A stretch of DNA of 52,409 nt, from the NCBI GenBank assembly GCA_043752035.1, contig JAYUZE010000175.1, forward strand, positions 1 to 52,409. Direction: 5' to 3'. A model generated the notes under the pieces. That model was given only the letters and a program-made list of their open reading frames with translations, did not search any database and was not told where the DNA came from. Source of the DNA: Gammaproteobacteria bacterium (lineage in GTDB: Bacteria; Pseudomonadota; Gammaproteobacteria; Steroidobacterales; Steroidobacteraceae). Below, one piece after another: positions 36,701-46,574 of this stretch (within the stretch, counting starts at the first letter, position 1; each line of letters begins with the position of its first letter). A program made the translations under genes and the position numbers.

Positions 36701-37807
36701 TCAACGTCGCTCCCCACTGGTGACATCAAACAATGAAACAGCCTCCACATCGATGGCGACGCTCAGCATGTCACCACGATTGTAGCGCTGTCCTTGATGG
36801 TTCAGTGCCGCGACCGTGCCGCACTCGAGTTCCATCCATATGATTTCGTGGCTGCCCAGCGGTTCAATCAGCGTCACCCTGCCCTGAGTGTTGGCTGCGC
36901 CCTGCGCGTGCGCCGCGCCCTGCTCCGCGACTGCGAGCCGCAGGTGTTCCGGTCGCACGCCAAGAGCCAGCGGCTCGCCGTGGGCCGGTGGCGCAGCACT
37001 GAATACCTGCGCAGGTAGTTCGATGCGCAGCCCGGCAGCGCAGAATTGCCTGCTCGCACCGACCGTCGTAACATTGCCCTCGATGAAATTCATTGCGGGC
37101 GAGCCAAGGAAACCCGCCACATAGCGATTCACGGGTCGCCGGTACACTTCGTCGGGCGTGCCCAGCTGCTGAATGCACCCGCCCTGCATCACAGCCAGCC
37201 GGGTCGCCAGCGTCAGGGCTTCGACCTGGTCATGAGTGACATGAATCATCGTCGCGCCCAGACGCTGGTGCAACAGCTTCAACTCGCGCCGCAGCGTGGC
37301 ACGCAGCCCTGCATCCAGGTTGGAGAGCGGCTCGTCGAGCAGCAGCAGGGCTGCCTCGCGCACCAGCGCACGACCGATGGCCACACGCTGGCGCTGCCCG
37401 CCGGAGAGCTGCGCGGGCCTGCGATCCAGCAGGGATTCGAGCTGCAGCAGCTGAGCCGTGCGCAGCACCCGCTGTCGCACTTCGGCGCGCGCCACGCCAC
37501 GCGCGCGCAGCCCGAAACTCAGATTGCCCTCGACCGACAGGGTCGGATACAGCGCATAGGACTGAAACACCATGCCCACGTTGCGTTCACCCGCATCGCA
37601 CCGGGTGCGATCGATGCCATCGATGAGCACCCGCCCGGACTGTGGCGCCTGTAATCCAGCCACGGTGTGCAGCAGTGTCGACTTGCCGCAACCTGAGGCC
37701 CCCAGCAGCACCAGGAACTCGCCGGAATCCACCTGCAGATCGAGCTGGTCGATCACCGTGCGACCACCCAGCTGCACACATAACTGCTCTACGGTAAGTG
37801 CCGTCAT
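36701..37807 (-). CDS. Sugar ABC transporter ATP-binding protein (MalK/UgpC-type)
   Basis: GASGCGKSTLL, LSGGQRQRVAIGRAL and LLLLDEPLSNLD, plus a C-terminal TOBE-like regulatory domain. Confidence 0.9.
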   Translation of the reverse strand: MTALTVEQLCVQLGGRTVIDQLDLQVDSGEFLVLLGASGCGKSTLLHTVAGLQAPQSGRVLIDGIDRTRCDAGERNVGMVFQSYALYPTLSVEGNLSFGLRARGVARAEVRQRVLRTAQLLQLESLLDRRPAQLSGGQRQRVAIGRALVREAALLLLDEPLSNLDAGLRATLRRELKLLHQRLGATMIHVTHDQVEALTLATRLAVMQGGCIQQLGTPDEVYRRPVNRYVAGFLGSPAMNFIEGNVTTVGASRQFCAAGLRIELPAQVFSAAPPAHGEPLALGVRPEHLRLAVAEQGAAHAQGAANTQGRVTLIEPLGSHEIIWMELECGTVAALNHQGQRYNRGDMLSVAIDVEAVSLFDVTSGERR

Positions 37808-37810
37808 GCT

Positions 37811-38677
37811 TCAGGCCTTGAGCGCGCCGGCGGCAATGCCGCGCACGAACCAGCGGCCTGCCAACGCGTAGATCAGCAGCGGCACCAGTGCCGTGAGCAT
37901 GGTCGCCGCCATGTCGACGTTGTACTGGCGCGTGCCTGTGGTCGTGTTGACCAGATTGTTGAGCTGCACCGTCATCGGTAGATGATCGCGCCCTGCGAAT
38001 ACCAGGCCCAACAGGTAGTCGTTCCACACGCCGGTGGCCTGCATGATGGCGGCCACGGCCAGCATCGGCAGCGACATCGGCAGCATCAATCGCACAAACG
38101 CATACAGGAAGCCGGCGCCGTCGAGGCGCGCCGCCAGGAACAGTTCGCGCGGCAGCGCTGCGTAGTAATTGCGAAAGATCAGCGTCATCACCGGCATGCT
38201 GAAAATCACGTGGACAATGATGATGCCGGTGAGTGAACCGACCAGATGGAACGGTGCCAGCAGGCGCACCAGCGGCAACATCATCACCTGGATGGGCAGG
38301 AAGGCGCCGATCATCAGCACCGCAAATAGCAGGCCGGCACCACGCAGTCGCCAGCAGGCCAACGCGTAGCCGTTGAGTGCGCCGAGCCCGACCGCGATCA
38401 GCGTGCTCGGGATCACGATCAGCACTGAATTCCAGAAGCCCGCGCTGATACCGTCGCAGGCTACTCCCGTGCAGGCACTGCTCCATGCGGCACGCCACGC
38501 CGTAGTGTTCAGGTGCAGCGGCAATGCGAATAGCGAGGTGTTGCGTACCTCCTCCATGCTCTTGAAGGAGGTAAGACTCATCACGTACAACGGCAGCAGG
38601 AAGCACAAGGCCGCCGAGATCAACAGTGCCAGCAGGCCGAGCCTCGCCGGATCGGCATACCAGCGTCGCGCGCTCAT
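37811..38677 (-). CDS. Carbohydrate ABC transporter permease (MalG-like)
   Basis: 288 aa, 6-TM binding-protein-dependent permease with an EAA-like loop (ELFLAARLDGAG). Confidence 0.88.
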   Translation of the reverse strand: MSARRWYADPARLGLLALLISAALCFLLPLYVMSLTSFKSMEEVRNTSLFALPLHLNTTAWRAAWSSACTGVACDGISAGFWNSVLIVIPSTLIAVGLGALNGYALACWRLRGAGLLFAVLMIGAFLPIQVMMLPLVRLLAPFHLVGSLTGIIIVHVIFSMPVMTLIFRNYYAALPRELFLAARLDGAGFLYAFVRLMLPMSLPMLAVAAIMQATGVWNDYLLGLVFAGRDHLPMTVQLNNLVNTTTGTRQYNVDMAATMLTALVPLLIYALAGRWFVRGIAAGALKA

Positions 38678-39546
38678 GTACGCACCCGGCTGGCGCGCGC
38701 ACGTGCATAGATCAGCGGCATCATCGCGATCAGCGCCGTGGCAACCAGTACGGTAGCGCCAGCAGAGGCCAGCGCGATATTGGCGCGCCCGAACAGGTGA
38801 TCCATGATGAACTTGGCCGGCACTTCACTCGCGGTGCCCGGCCCGCCCTGCGTCATCGCCACCACGGCGTCGTAGAGTTTCACCACGCCCGTCAGCAGCA
38901 ACAGCGCGGCAGTGGCAAAGGGTGCCGCTAGCATCGGCGCGATCACCGACAGGTGCAGCCGCCACGCAGGTATCGCCTCGATGCGCGCGGCACGCCAGAT
39001 ATCCGGATCGATCCCGCGCATGCCGGCAAGCAGTATCGTCATCACCAGGCCCGAGGCCTGCCAAACCGTCGCGATTACGATGGTGTAGAGCACGTGATCC
39101 TGATCGACCAGCCAATCGAAGCGAAACTGGCTGAAACCCCAGCGCCGCACGGCCTGCTGGATGCCGAGCTCCGGATTCAGCAACCATTGCCACACCAGAC
39201 CTGTGGCAATGAATGACATCGCGTAAGGGTAGAGGAACACCAGCCGCAGCGCGCCGCCGATGCGCACCTCGCGTTCGATCAGGATCGCCAGCAACCAACC
39301 GATGATCAGGCAGGCGAGCACAAACAGCAGGCCGTAGCTCGCCAGGTTGCCGAGCGAGTGCAGCCAGCGTTCATTGCTGAAGAGCCGGCGGTATTGCGCC
39401 AGACCGACGAAATCGGCTACCGGAAAGCTGCGTGAACTGGTCAGCGAAATGCGCAACGACCAGAGCGTGGCGCCCAGATAACACGCCAGTGCCACCACGG
39501 CCATCGGCAGCAGGGCCAGATGCGCGCGGCTGAATCCAGTTTTCAT
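38674..39546 (-). CDS. Carbohydrate ABC transporter permease (MalF-like)
   Basis: 290 aa permease with an EAA-like loop (DIWRAARIEAIP). It has a 4-nt overlap with the downstream permease gene. Confidence 0.88.
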   Translation of the reverse strand: MKTGFSRAHLALLPMAVVALACYLGATLWSLRISLTSSRSFPVADFVGLAQYRRLFSNERWLHSLGNLASYGLLFVLACLIIGWLLAILIEREVRIGGALRLVFLYPYAMSFIATGLVWQWLLNPELGIQQAVRRWGFSQFRFDWLVDQDHVLYTIVIATVWQASGLVMTILLAGMRGIDPDIWRAARIEAIPAWRLHLSVIAPMLAAPFATAALLLLTGVVKLYDAVVAMTQGGPGTASEVPAKFIMDHLFGRANIALASAGATVLVATALIAMMPLIYARARASRVRT

Positions 39547-39557
39547 CGGGCGCAGGC

Positions 39558-40805
39558 TCAGTCGGCCAGCGCAGCCGCGATGCGCTGCTGCACCACGCTC
39601 ACGGACAGATCGCGATTCCAGTATTCGGTGAGGATATCGGCCAACGCCCCATTCTGGTCGGGCGTGAGCCAGGTTTCATCGTTGCCGAGCTGGCGCGAAT
39701 GATCTTTCATGATCGCCACGCCGAGGCGCGCGCACTGATCCAGTGTACTGACATCCACATCGGCGCGAATCGGAATCGAGCCCTTGAGTGCGCTGAAGGC
39801 CAGTTGCGTGGAGCGGCCGGTGATCGCGCTGGCGAGCAGTTTCTGCGCGCGCAAGGTGGCCGGATTGCCGCTGCGCGGAAACACGAAGGCATCGCCCTGG
39901 ACGATATAGGGCGAGTGCGGGCCAAAACCGGCTATACAGCCGTAGTCACGCCCCGGTAATCTAGCGGCACTGGAAAATTCCGCCTTGACCCAGTCGCCCA
40001 TGATCTGGAAACCAGCGCGGTTGGCCATCAGCAGTGCAGTGGCGTCGTTCCAGTTGCGGCCCGGCGAGCCGGCATCCACATAGCTGTGCAGCCGTTTGAA
40101 GGTGGTCAGCACTTCGCGGAACTGCGGTGAGGCAATCGCGGCGGCGTCACGATTGCGGAATAAATGCAGATACAGCTCGCGGCCGCCGAGGTTGGCGAGC
40201 ACCGCACGAAACACGATGCTGTCCTGCCAGGCCTGGCCGCCGTGCGCGAGCGGAATCAGGCCCGCCGCTTTCAGTTTATCGAGCGCCGCAAACAGCTCCG
40301 CGAAACTGGCCGGTTCCTTTGCTACGCCGGCCTTGTGCAGCGCTGCCTTCGAATACCAGATCCAGGTGGGCATATGCAAGCTGACGGGCGCCGCATAGTA
40401 GTGGCCGTTGACACGCACGGCATCGAGGATGGGCTCAGGTAGGATTGCATCCCAGCCCTCGCGCTGCGCCACATCATCCAACGTAATGAGCAGATTCTGA
40501 TCGATCAGCTCGCGAAACTGACGCGAAGCATTGAACAGCGCGGCGGCCGGCGCGTCGTTGCCGACAATGCGGCTCAGCGCCACCGCACGAGCCTGTTCGC
40601 TGCCGGCGATCGCGGTGTCCACCCACACACCACCGGCGGCGCGATAGGCCTCCGCCAGCGCGCGCACGGCTCCAGCTTCGCCGCCGGAGGTCCACCAGTG
40701 AATGACTTCGGCCCGTGGTTGCGCGACACGCACCGCATCGGCACTCGCAGCAGTCGCAGCCACCGCAGCAGTGCACAGCAGTGCCAGGCCCGAAAGCGCT
40801 AGCAC
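39558..40805 (-). CDS. Extracellular solute-binding protein (family 1) of the sugar ABC importer
   Basis: Family-1 SBP sequence from ..EVIHWWTSGGEAGAV.. onward. The longest ORF (GTG 41000) contains the predicted promoter and operator, so the real start must lie downstream. The in-frame GTG at 40805 gives a typical 415 aa but remains uncertain. Confidence 0.75.
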   Translation of the reverse strand: MLALSGLALLCTAAVAATAASADAVRVAQPRAEVIHWWTSGGEAGAVRALAEAYRAAGGVWVDTAIAGSEQARAVALSRIVGNDAPAAALFNASRQFRELIDQNLLITLDDVAQREGWDAILPEPILDAVRVNGHYYAAPVSLHMPTWIWYSKAALHKAGVAKEPASFAELFAALDKLKAAGLIPLAHGGQAWQDSIVFRAVLANLGGRELYLHLFRNRDAAAIASPQFREVLTTFKRLHSYVDAGSPGRNWNDATALLMANRAGFQIMGDWVKAEFSSAARLPGRDYGCIAGFGPHSPYIVQGDAFVFPRSGNPATLRAQKLLASAITGRSTQLAFSALKGSIPIRADVDVSTLDQCARLGVAIMKDHSRQLGNDETWLTPDQNGALADILTEYWNRDLSVSVVQQRIAAALAD

Positions 40806-40965
40806 GAGCGGCAGCCATGCCGGCCGGACTGCCGGCGAGGCCGCTGCATTGAGGCTGTATACTCTGCTCGTACGACCCCCAAGGTCCGTTATGGACGCGT
40901 CGCGTAGCGGCGCCTGCGGATTATAGAGGGCCAGCGCCTGATTCCTTGCGTTCGGCGTAGCACTA

Positions 40966-40979
40966 TGGAAACGTTCCCA
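40966..40979. promoter_or_regulatory. LacI-family operator TGGAAACGTTCCCA
   Basis: Imperfect 14-bp palindrome in the divergent region between the SBP gene and lacI, 12 nt downstream of the predicted minus-strand -10 box. Confidence 0.65.
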
Positions 40980-40990
40980 GTTTTCAGGGC

Positions 40991-41020
40991 AATATAGCAC
41001 TGGCGGAAATTCGGCGTCAA
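40991..41020 (-). promoter_or_regulatory. Sigma70-type promoter for the nine-gene minus-strand sugar operon (TTGACG-18 nt-TATATT)
   Basis: The minus strand reads aTTGACGccgaatttccgccagtgcTATATTgccctgaaaacTGGGAACGTTTCCA. Confidence 0.55.
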
Positions 41021-41027
41021 TTTCACG

Positions 41028-42068
41028 ATGTCTACTATTAAAGATGTTGCGCGGCTCGCAGGCGTAGGCCTCGGCACCGCCTCAAGGGTCGTCAGCGGCA
41101 AGGGTTCGGTCGCGCCGTCGACGGCCAAGCGCGTGCGCCGTGCGATCGAACAACTGAATTTCCGGCCCTCGCACGCTGCGCGCTCGCTGCTCTCAGGCTC
41201 GACACAGATGATCGGCGTGTACATTCCGATCCTGAAGGGCACTTTCTATACGCCCATATTGCAGGCCATCGATGCCGAGTTGCGCGCCGGTGGACGCCAC
41301 ATGGTGGTGGCCTTCGGTCATGGCTCCGCGGACGAGCGCCGCCAGGCTATTGAAGGCGTGCAGTTCCTGATCAACCGCGATTGCGACGGGCTGATGGTGA
41401 TGAGCAACGCGCTGCTCGAAAAGGACATCGTCGCGCTCGGCCGCGAGCAACCCAAAATCGTGGTGCTCAACCGCGTGTTCGAGAGCATGCGCGAGCAGTG
41501 CTTCTGCGCCGATCACCTGCACGGCGGCGCGGTGGCAGCACAGGCCCTGCTGCAGCACCAGCATCGGGAATTTGCGGTGATCGCGGGTCCAGCGACTTCG
41601 CAGGATAACGTCGCGCGTATCTCCGGCTTCATGAACGAGTTGTGTCGACAGGGAATCGACCCGCAGACCGTGCGCATCGTCGACAGCGACTTCTCGCCCG
41701 AAGGCGGCTGGGCCTCGGCCAAGGCGCTGCTGGCCTCGAAGCACCGCTTCACCGCGGTGTTCTGTGCCAATGACGAGATGGCAGTCGGCGCACTCTCCTA
41801 CTTCCAGGAGACTGGCCTGACAGTGCCGCAACGTGTCTCCGTGCTGGGCTACGATGACACCCAAAGCGCAGAGTATTCAGCGCCGCGACTGACCTCGGTG
41901 CATATCCCCTTGCGCGAAGTCACGGTCAGCGGCCTCAATTTTCTGCTCAATCGCTGCTACGATTCATTGTTGCCGGTGCAGCGCGAATTCCCGATCAATG
42001 TGACCTGGCGCGCCTCGATCGCCATGCCGCCGCAGGCGCGTCCCGCCGCGGACCACACCCGGCCCTGA
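41028..42068 (+). CDS. LacI-family transcriptional regulator
   Basis: HTH region MSTIKDVARLAGVGLGTASRVVSG plus a periplasmic-binding-protein-like sugar-binding core. Confidence 0.9.
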   Translation: MSTIKDVARLAGVGLGTASRVVSGKGSVAPSTAKRVRRAIEQLNFRPSHAARSLLSGSTQMIGVYIPILKGTFYTPILQAIDAELRAGGRHMVVAFGHGSADERRQAIEGVQFLINRDCDGLMVMSNALLEKDIVALGREQPKIVVLNRVFESMREQCFCADHLHGGAVAAQALLQHQHREFAVIAGPATSQDNVARISGFMNELCRQGIDPQTVRIVDSDFSPEGGWASAKALLASKHRFTAVFCANDEMAVGALSYFQETGLTVPQRVSVLGYDDTQSAEYSAPRLTSVHIPLREVTVSGLNFLLNRCYDSLLPVQREFPINVTWRASIAMPPQARPAADHTRP

Positions 42069-42128
42069 ACCCGCTCCGGCCCGCCCTACCAGCGCCACAG
42101 GCCCGCGGAATTGGCGCCCATTCGGGAG

Positions 42129-42142
42129 TGGAAAGCTTTCCA
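42129..42142. promoter_or_regulatory. LacI-family operator, perfect palindrome TGGAAAGCTTTCCA
   Basis: Perfect 14-bp inverted repeat 88 nt upstream of the GH1 start codon. Confidence 0.7.
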
Positions 42143-42229
42143 GCGATGCGGTAACGTAAACCTTCCTGTGGTGGCGCGACCTGCACGTCGAGTCGTCATG
42201 GGCGACGGATTCAAACCACAAGAGAATCA

Positions 42230-43618
42230 ATGAGCCTCGCACCTGCCCCCGCCGCTGCATCGCTGCTTGCCGCCACTGCGCCCGCGCTGCGGCGCGCCGA
42301 CTTTCCGGCCGACTTTCGCTGGGGCTGCTCCACGTCTGCCTATCAGATCGAAGGCGCCGCTACGCTGGATGGTCGCGCGGAATCGATCTGGGATCGCTTT
42401 TGCACTGTGCGCGGCAATATCCGCGACGGTTCGAGCGGTGCCATTGCCTGCGATCACTATCATCGTTGGCCCGAAGACCTCGATCTGGCCGCGCAGCTGG
42501 GCCTGGGCGCGTATCGCTTTTCAATTGCCTGGCCGCGGATTCTTGCCGATGGTGCGGGCAAGCCGGCCAATGCCAGGGGTCTGGATTTCTATTCGCGCCT
42601 AATCGACGGCATGCTGGCACGCGGCCTCGAGCCCTGGGCCACGCTCTATCACTGGGATCTGCCACAGCGTCTGCAGGAGCGCGGCGGCTGGGCGCATCGC
42701 GACACCGTGGCCGAGTTTGCCGAATTCACCGACGTGGTCAGCCGCCGATTCGGCGATCGCGTGCGCCGCTGGATCACGCACAACGAACCCTGGTGCAGCG
42801 CCTTCATCGGCTGCTACGACGGCACGCATGCGCCGGGGCTGCACGACTGGCGCGCAGCACTGCAATCCTGCCACCACGTGCTGCTCTCGCACGGCCGCGC
42901 TGTACAAGTACTGCGCGCCAATGTGGCTGGCGCGCAGATTGGCATCGCGCTGAGCCTGCATCCGCACAGCAGCGCGAGCGCCTCGGCCGCTGATGTTGCC
43001 GCGACGCGCCGCTACGATGGCTTGCGTAACCGCTGGTTCCTCGATCCTTTGTACGGCCGCGGCTATCCGGCCGACATCTGGGCACTATGTGGCGCTGATG
43101 CGCCGCGAGTCGAGCCTACAGATCTGGCGATCATTGCCGCGCCCACGGATTTTCTGGGCGTGAACTACTATTTTCCGGAGACCATCTCCCACGCGACCGA
43201 CGACGGTCCGATGGCCGCGCGCGTGGTGCCCACCCCTGGCGCTGAGCGCACCGATCTGGGCTGGGAAGTGTCGCCCGCGGGACTGCTGGTACTGCTCGAG
43301 CGCCTGCGGCGCGAATACGGCGTCACGCAGATCTACATCACCGAGAACGGTGCCAGCTATGAAGATCACCCTGCCGCCGACGGCACGATCGATGATGTCA
43401 AGCGCTGCCAGTATCTGCAGCATCACCTGCTGGCGGTACGCGAAGCGATTGCGCGCGGCCTGCCGGTCAAGGGCTATTTTGCCTGGACCTTGATGGACAA
43501 CTTCGAATGGGCCGAGGGCTACACACGCCGCTTCGGCCTGGTGCACGTGGATTTCGCCACGCAACAGCGGCGCCTCAAGCACAGCGGCGCGTGGTACCAA
43601 AGTTTCCTGCGGGAGTAA
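42230..43618 (+). CDS. GH1 beta-glucosidase
   Basis: FRWGCSTSAYQIEGA, ITHNEPW (acid/base) and YITENGASY (nucleophile). No signal peptide, so it is presumed cytoplasmic. Confidence 0.9.
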   Translation: MSLAPAPAAASLLAATAPALRRADFPADFRWGCSTSAYQIEGAATLDGRAESIWDRFCTVRGNIRDGSSGAIACDHYHRWPEDLDLAAQLGLGAYRFSIAWPRILADGAGKPANARGLDFYSRLIDGMLARGLEPWATLYHWDLPQRLQERGGWAHRDTVAEFAEFTDVVSRRFGDRVRRWITHNEPWCSAFIGCYDGTHAPGLHDWRAALQSCHHVLLSHGRAVQVLRANVAGAQIGIALSLHPHSSASASAADVAATRRYDGLRNRWFLDPLYGRGYPADIWALCGADAPRVEPTDLAIIAAPTDFLGVNYYFPETISHATDDGPMAARVVPTPGAERTDLGWEVSPAGLLVLLERLRREYGVTQIYITENGASYEDHPAADGTIDDVKRCQYLQHHLLAVREAIARGLPVKGYFAWTLMDNFEWAEGYTRRFGLVHVDFATQQRRLKHSGAWYQSFLRE

Positions 43619-43622
43619 GTCG

Positions 43623-45566
43623 ATGAGTTCAAAGCAACGCTACAGTCTGGGTTTCGCACTGCTGGTCACGCTGACGTCGGCGGCGCTGGGCGCTGCTACT
43701 GCAGCAGAACAGCGCGCTGCAGCCCGACAGCAGCCTGGCGTAGCACATCCGCAGCTCTGGCCCGCGACCCGCAGTCGCGGACTGATCGATGCCGGCACCG
43801 AAGCGCGCATCACGGTGCTGCTGGCGCGCATGAGTGTGGAAGAAAAAGTAGGCCAGGTGATCCAGACCGACATAGACTCGATCACCCCGAAAGATCTGCG
43901 GCGTTACCCCTTGGGTTCAATACTGGCCGGCGGCGGTTCCGGGCCCAATGGGAATGATCGCTCGCCACCGGCCGCCTGGGTACAACTGTCACGCGATTTT
44001 CGCGCGGTGGCGCTCGAAGCGCGTCCCGGCCATGAAGCCATTCCCTTGCTGTTCGGCATTGATGCGGTGCACGGGCACAACAACATGGTCGGCACCGTGC
44101 TCTATCCGCACAACATCGGTCTTGGCGCCGCGCATGACGCGGAACTGATAAGGCGCATCGGCGCCGCGACCGCCGAGGAAGTCGCGGCCACTGGCATCGA
44201 CTGGACCTTCGCGCCGACACTGGCGGTGCCGCAGGATGTGCGCTGGGGCCGCAGCTACGAAGGCTTTGCGCAGGACCCGGCGTTGTTGCGCGACTACGCT
44301 GCTGCAGCTGTCGAAGGCCTGCAGGGACGGCCCGGGCAGGCCGCTACCCTGCAGCAGGGCAAGGTGGCAGCGACCGCCAAGCATTTCCTCGGCGATGGCG
44401 GCACGGCTGGCGGCGTCGACCAGGGCGATACCCGGATTAGCGAAAGCGAACTGATCCGCGTGCATGCGCAAGGCTATGTCGGCGCCATCAATGCCGGTGT
44501 CTATACCGTCATGGCCTCATACTCGAGCTGGCAGGGACACAAGATGCACGGCAATCGCTCGCTGCTCACCGAGGTTCTCAAGGGCCGCATGGACTTCGAA
44601 GGCTTCGTGGTCGGCGACTGGAATGCGCAGGCGCAGGTGCCCGGCTGCAGCAGCGATCACTGCCCGGCGGCTTTCAACGCCGGGGTCGACATGTTCATGG
44701 CGCCCTACAACTGGCAGTCCCTGTATGCCAATACGCTCGCCGACGCACGTGCCGGCGCCATCAGCGCGGCACGACTCGACGATGCGGTCAGGCGCATCCT
44801 GCGCGTGAAGTTCCGGCTCGGCCTGTTCGAGGCCGCGCGGCCTTACGAAGGCCGCATGGAACTGCTGGGCTCGCGGGCGCATCGCGAGCTGGCGCGCGAG
44901 GCGGTGCGCAAATCGCTGGTGCTGCTGAAAAATGCCGGCGCGTTGCCGATTCACGCCGGCGCGCGCGTGATGGTCAGCGGTCCGGGGTCCGAGAGCCTGC
45001 CTATGCAGTGCGGTGGCTGGTCGCTGACCTGGCAAGGGAGCGATACCAGCAACGCCGATTTTCCGGGCGCCACTTCAATCAAGGATGCAATCAAGGGCGC
45101 AGTCGAGGCCGGCGGCGGCAGGCTGGTGGATGGCGCTGATCTCACAGGCAGGGATCGCCCCGATGTCGCGGTGATCGTGTACGGCGAACAACCTTACGCC
45201 GAGATGTTCGGCGATGTGCAGCTGGCGCTGTACAATTCGGGACAGCCGCTGGAGCAGCTACGCCAGCTGCACCAGGCCGGCATTACTACCGTGAGCGTGC
45301 TGCTCTCCGGCCGGCCGCTGTGGGCCCGGCCCGAAATCGACTTGAGCGACGCCTTCGTCGCCGCTTGGCTGCCGGGCACGGAAGGCGCCGGCGTTGCGGA
45401 TCTGCTGATCGGCGACGCGTCCGGCAAGCCGCGCTACGATTTCAGAGGCCGGCTGTCGTTTGCCTGGCCCAACGGCACCGCACCCGTCGCGGGACGCACG
45501 GGTGCTGCACAAGCGAATACCTGGCCGATAGGCTACGGGATGAGCTACGCGCCAGCGGCGCATTGA
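43623..45566 (+). CDS. GH3 periplasmic beta-glucosidase / exo-beta-glucanase
   Basis: Signal peptide, then GH3 motifs (GQVIQ..ILAGGG..GIDAVHGHNN..KHFLGDGGT..GFVVGDWNA). Confidence 0.9.
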   Translation: MSSKQRYSLGFALLVTLTSAALGAATAAEQRAAARQQPGVAHPQLWPATRSRGLIDAGTEARITVLLARMSVEEKVGQVIQTDIDSITPKDLRRYPLGSILAGGGSGPNGNDRSPPAAWVQLSRDFRAVALEARPGHEAIPLLFGIDAVHGHNNMVGTVLYPHNIGLGAAHDAELIRRIGAATAEEVAATGIDWTFAPTLAVPQDVRWGRSYEGFAQDPALLRDYAAAAVEGLQGRPGQAATLQQGKVAATAKHFLGDGGTAGGVDQGDTRISESELIRVHAQGYVGAINAGVYTVMASYSSWQGHKMHGNRSLLTEVLKGRMDFEGFVVGDWNAQAQVPGCSSDHCPAAFNAGVDMFMAPYNWQSLYANTLADARAGAISAARLDDAVRRILRVKFRLGLFEAARPYEGRMELLGSRAHRELAREAVRKSLVLLKNAGALPIHAGARVMVSGPGSESLPMQCGGWSLTWQGSDTSNADFPGATSIKDAIKGAVEAGGGRLVDGADLTGRDRPDVAVIVYGEQPYAEMFGDVQLALYNSGQPLEQLRQLHQAGITTVSVLLSGRPLWARPEIDLSDAFVAAWLPGTEGAGVADLLIGDASGKPRYDFRGRLSFAWPNGTAPVAGRTGAAQANTWPIGYGMSYAPAAH

Positions 45567-45883
45567 CGCCAACGCAACGCCGGTCTATTCCGGCCAGGCC
45601 GGCGCGATGCCTGAGTCCGGCTGCATCACCAGGCTCACCGGCAGAGTCCGCGTATCAGCACCGACCGCGATGGATTCTGCCTTGTAGGCCTTGATGGCGT
45701 GCTCGTGCCACATGCTACGGGCGACACGATACCATCGTGCTCTACACAGTTTCTGTCGCCCCTCGGCCCTATCATTGTCCTATACGTTCTACGAATCCAC
45801 GCTTCGGGAATCTCAGCCAGAAGTGTCGATTCCGTTGGGTCATCCCTGCGACCTCATTCATTTCGGACGCTACCACAAGTGTC

Positions 45884-46357
45884 CTATGCCTTCCGATCCT
45901 TCACTCGCACGCTGATTTGTCCGTTGTTTTCCAGCATCGCAAAATGCACATCCTCCACGCTCGCGCACCCCGCCTGCCGCAGCGCTGCATCGAGCTCTGA
46001 TTGCGTTAGGCGCTCGCTCGCCATCACGTCCCGATACACGTGACCATTGTGGATCAGCACTTGGGGTTTGCCCTCAATCACCCGTGCCAGGCGCTTGCTG
46101 CGAAACGTGACGTAACCAACGACCCAGTTGATACCCACCAGGGTAACAGCCGACAACAGGCCACCGGTGATCGAGTTGTCGCCGCCATTCATGGCGTTCT
46201 GTAGCGCGTTACTGAGCACCAGCAATAACACCAGGTCAAACGGCGCCAGCTGCCCGACCTGCCGTCGCCCCGTAATACGCAGCAGCACCATCAGGAATAC
46301 AAACACTATGACTGCGCGTGCCACGAACTCCCACCACGGTACCGACATCTGCCACAT
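45884..46357 (-). CDS. DUF421 (YetF-like) membrane protein
   Basis: 157 aa. RAVIVFVFLMVLLRITGRRQVGQLAPFDLVLLLVLSNALQNAM is the typical DUF421 N-terminus. Confidence 0.7.
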   Translation of the reverse strand: MWQMSVPWWEFVARAVIVFVFLMVLLRITGRRQVGQLAPFDLVLLLVLSNALQNAMNGGDNSITGGLLSAVTLVGINWVVGYVTFRSKRLARVIEGKPQVLIHNGHVYRDVMASERLTQSELDAALRQAGCASVEDVHFAMLENNGQISVRVKDRKA

Positions 46358-46574
46358 ACAATCGCTCCTCCATTCATGAATGACACATACGGTGGCGATG
46401 ACTCATCACAACCGCCTCACCCGCCGGTCGGGTGCTCCACCGCGGCCCACTACTCTGCGTGACAGCGATGCCGAGCTCTTCTGCCTCCAGCCTAAACCCG
46501 AACCCGTCAACGCCTGGTGACTTTCGCTTAGTGGCCCGCCTGATCTTCGCTAGCTGCCGCGCGGCCAGGCCGAT

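Noticed and set aside
45585-45713. A 42-codon minus-strand ORF (MWHEHAIKAYKAESIAVGADTRTLPVSLVMQPDSGIAPAWPE) lies at the GC-content boundary. It could be a remnant of a larger gene or a small protein.
   Set aside because: - No family was recognised and there is no clear RBS.
- The upstream frame closes quickly.
- The evidence is too weak to call it a feature.
45775-45815. The string gttctacgaatccacgc near the GC boundary resembles a tRNA T-arm (GGTTCGAATCC). It could be a tRNA-derived attachment site.
   Set aside because: - Only a partial match was found.
- No acceptor stem, anticodon arm or CCA context could be folded around it, and no matching direct repeat is visible in the window.
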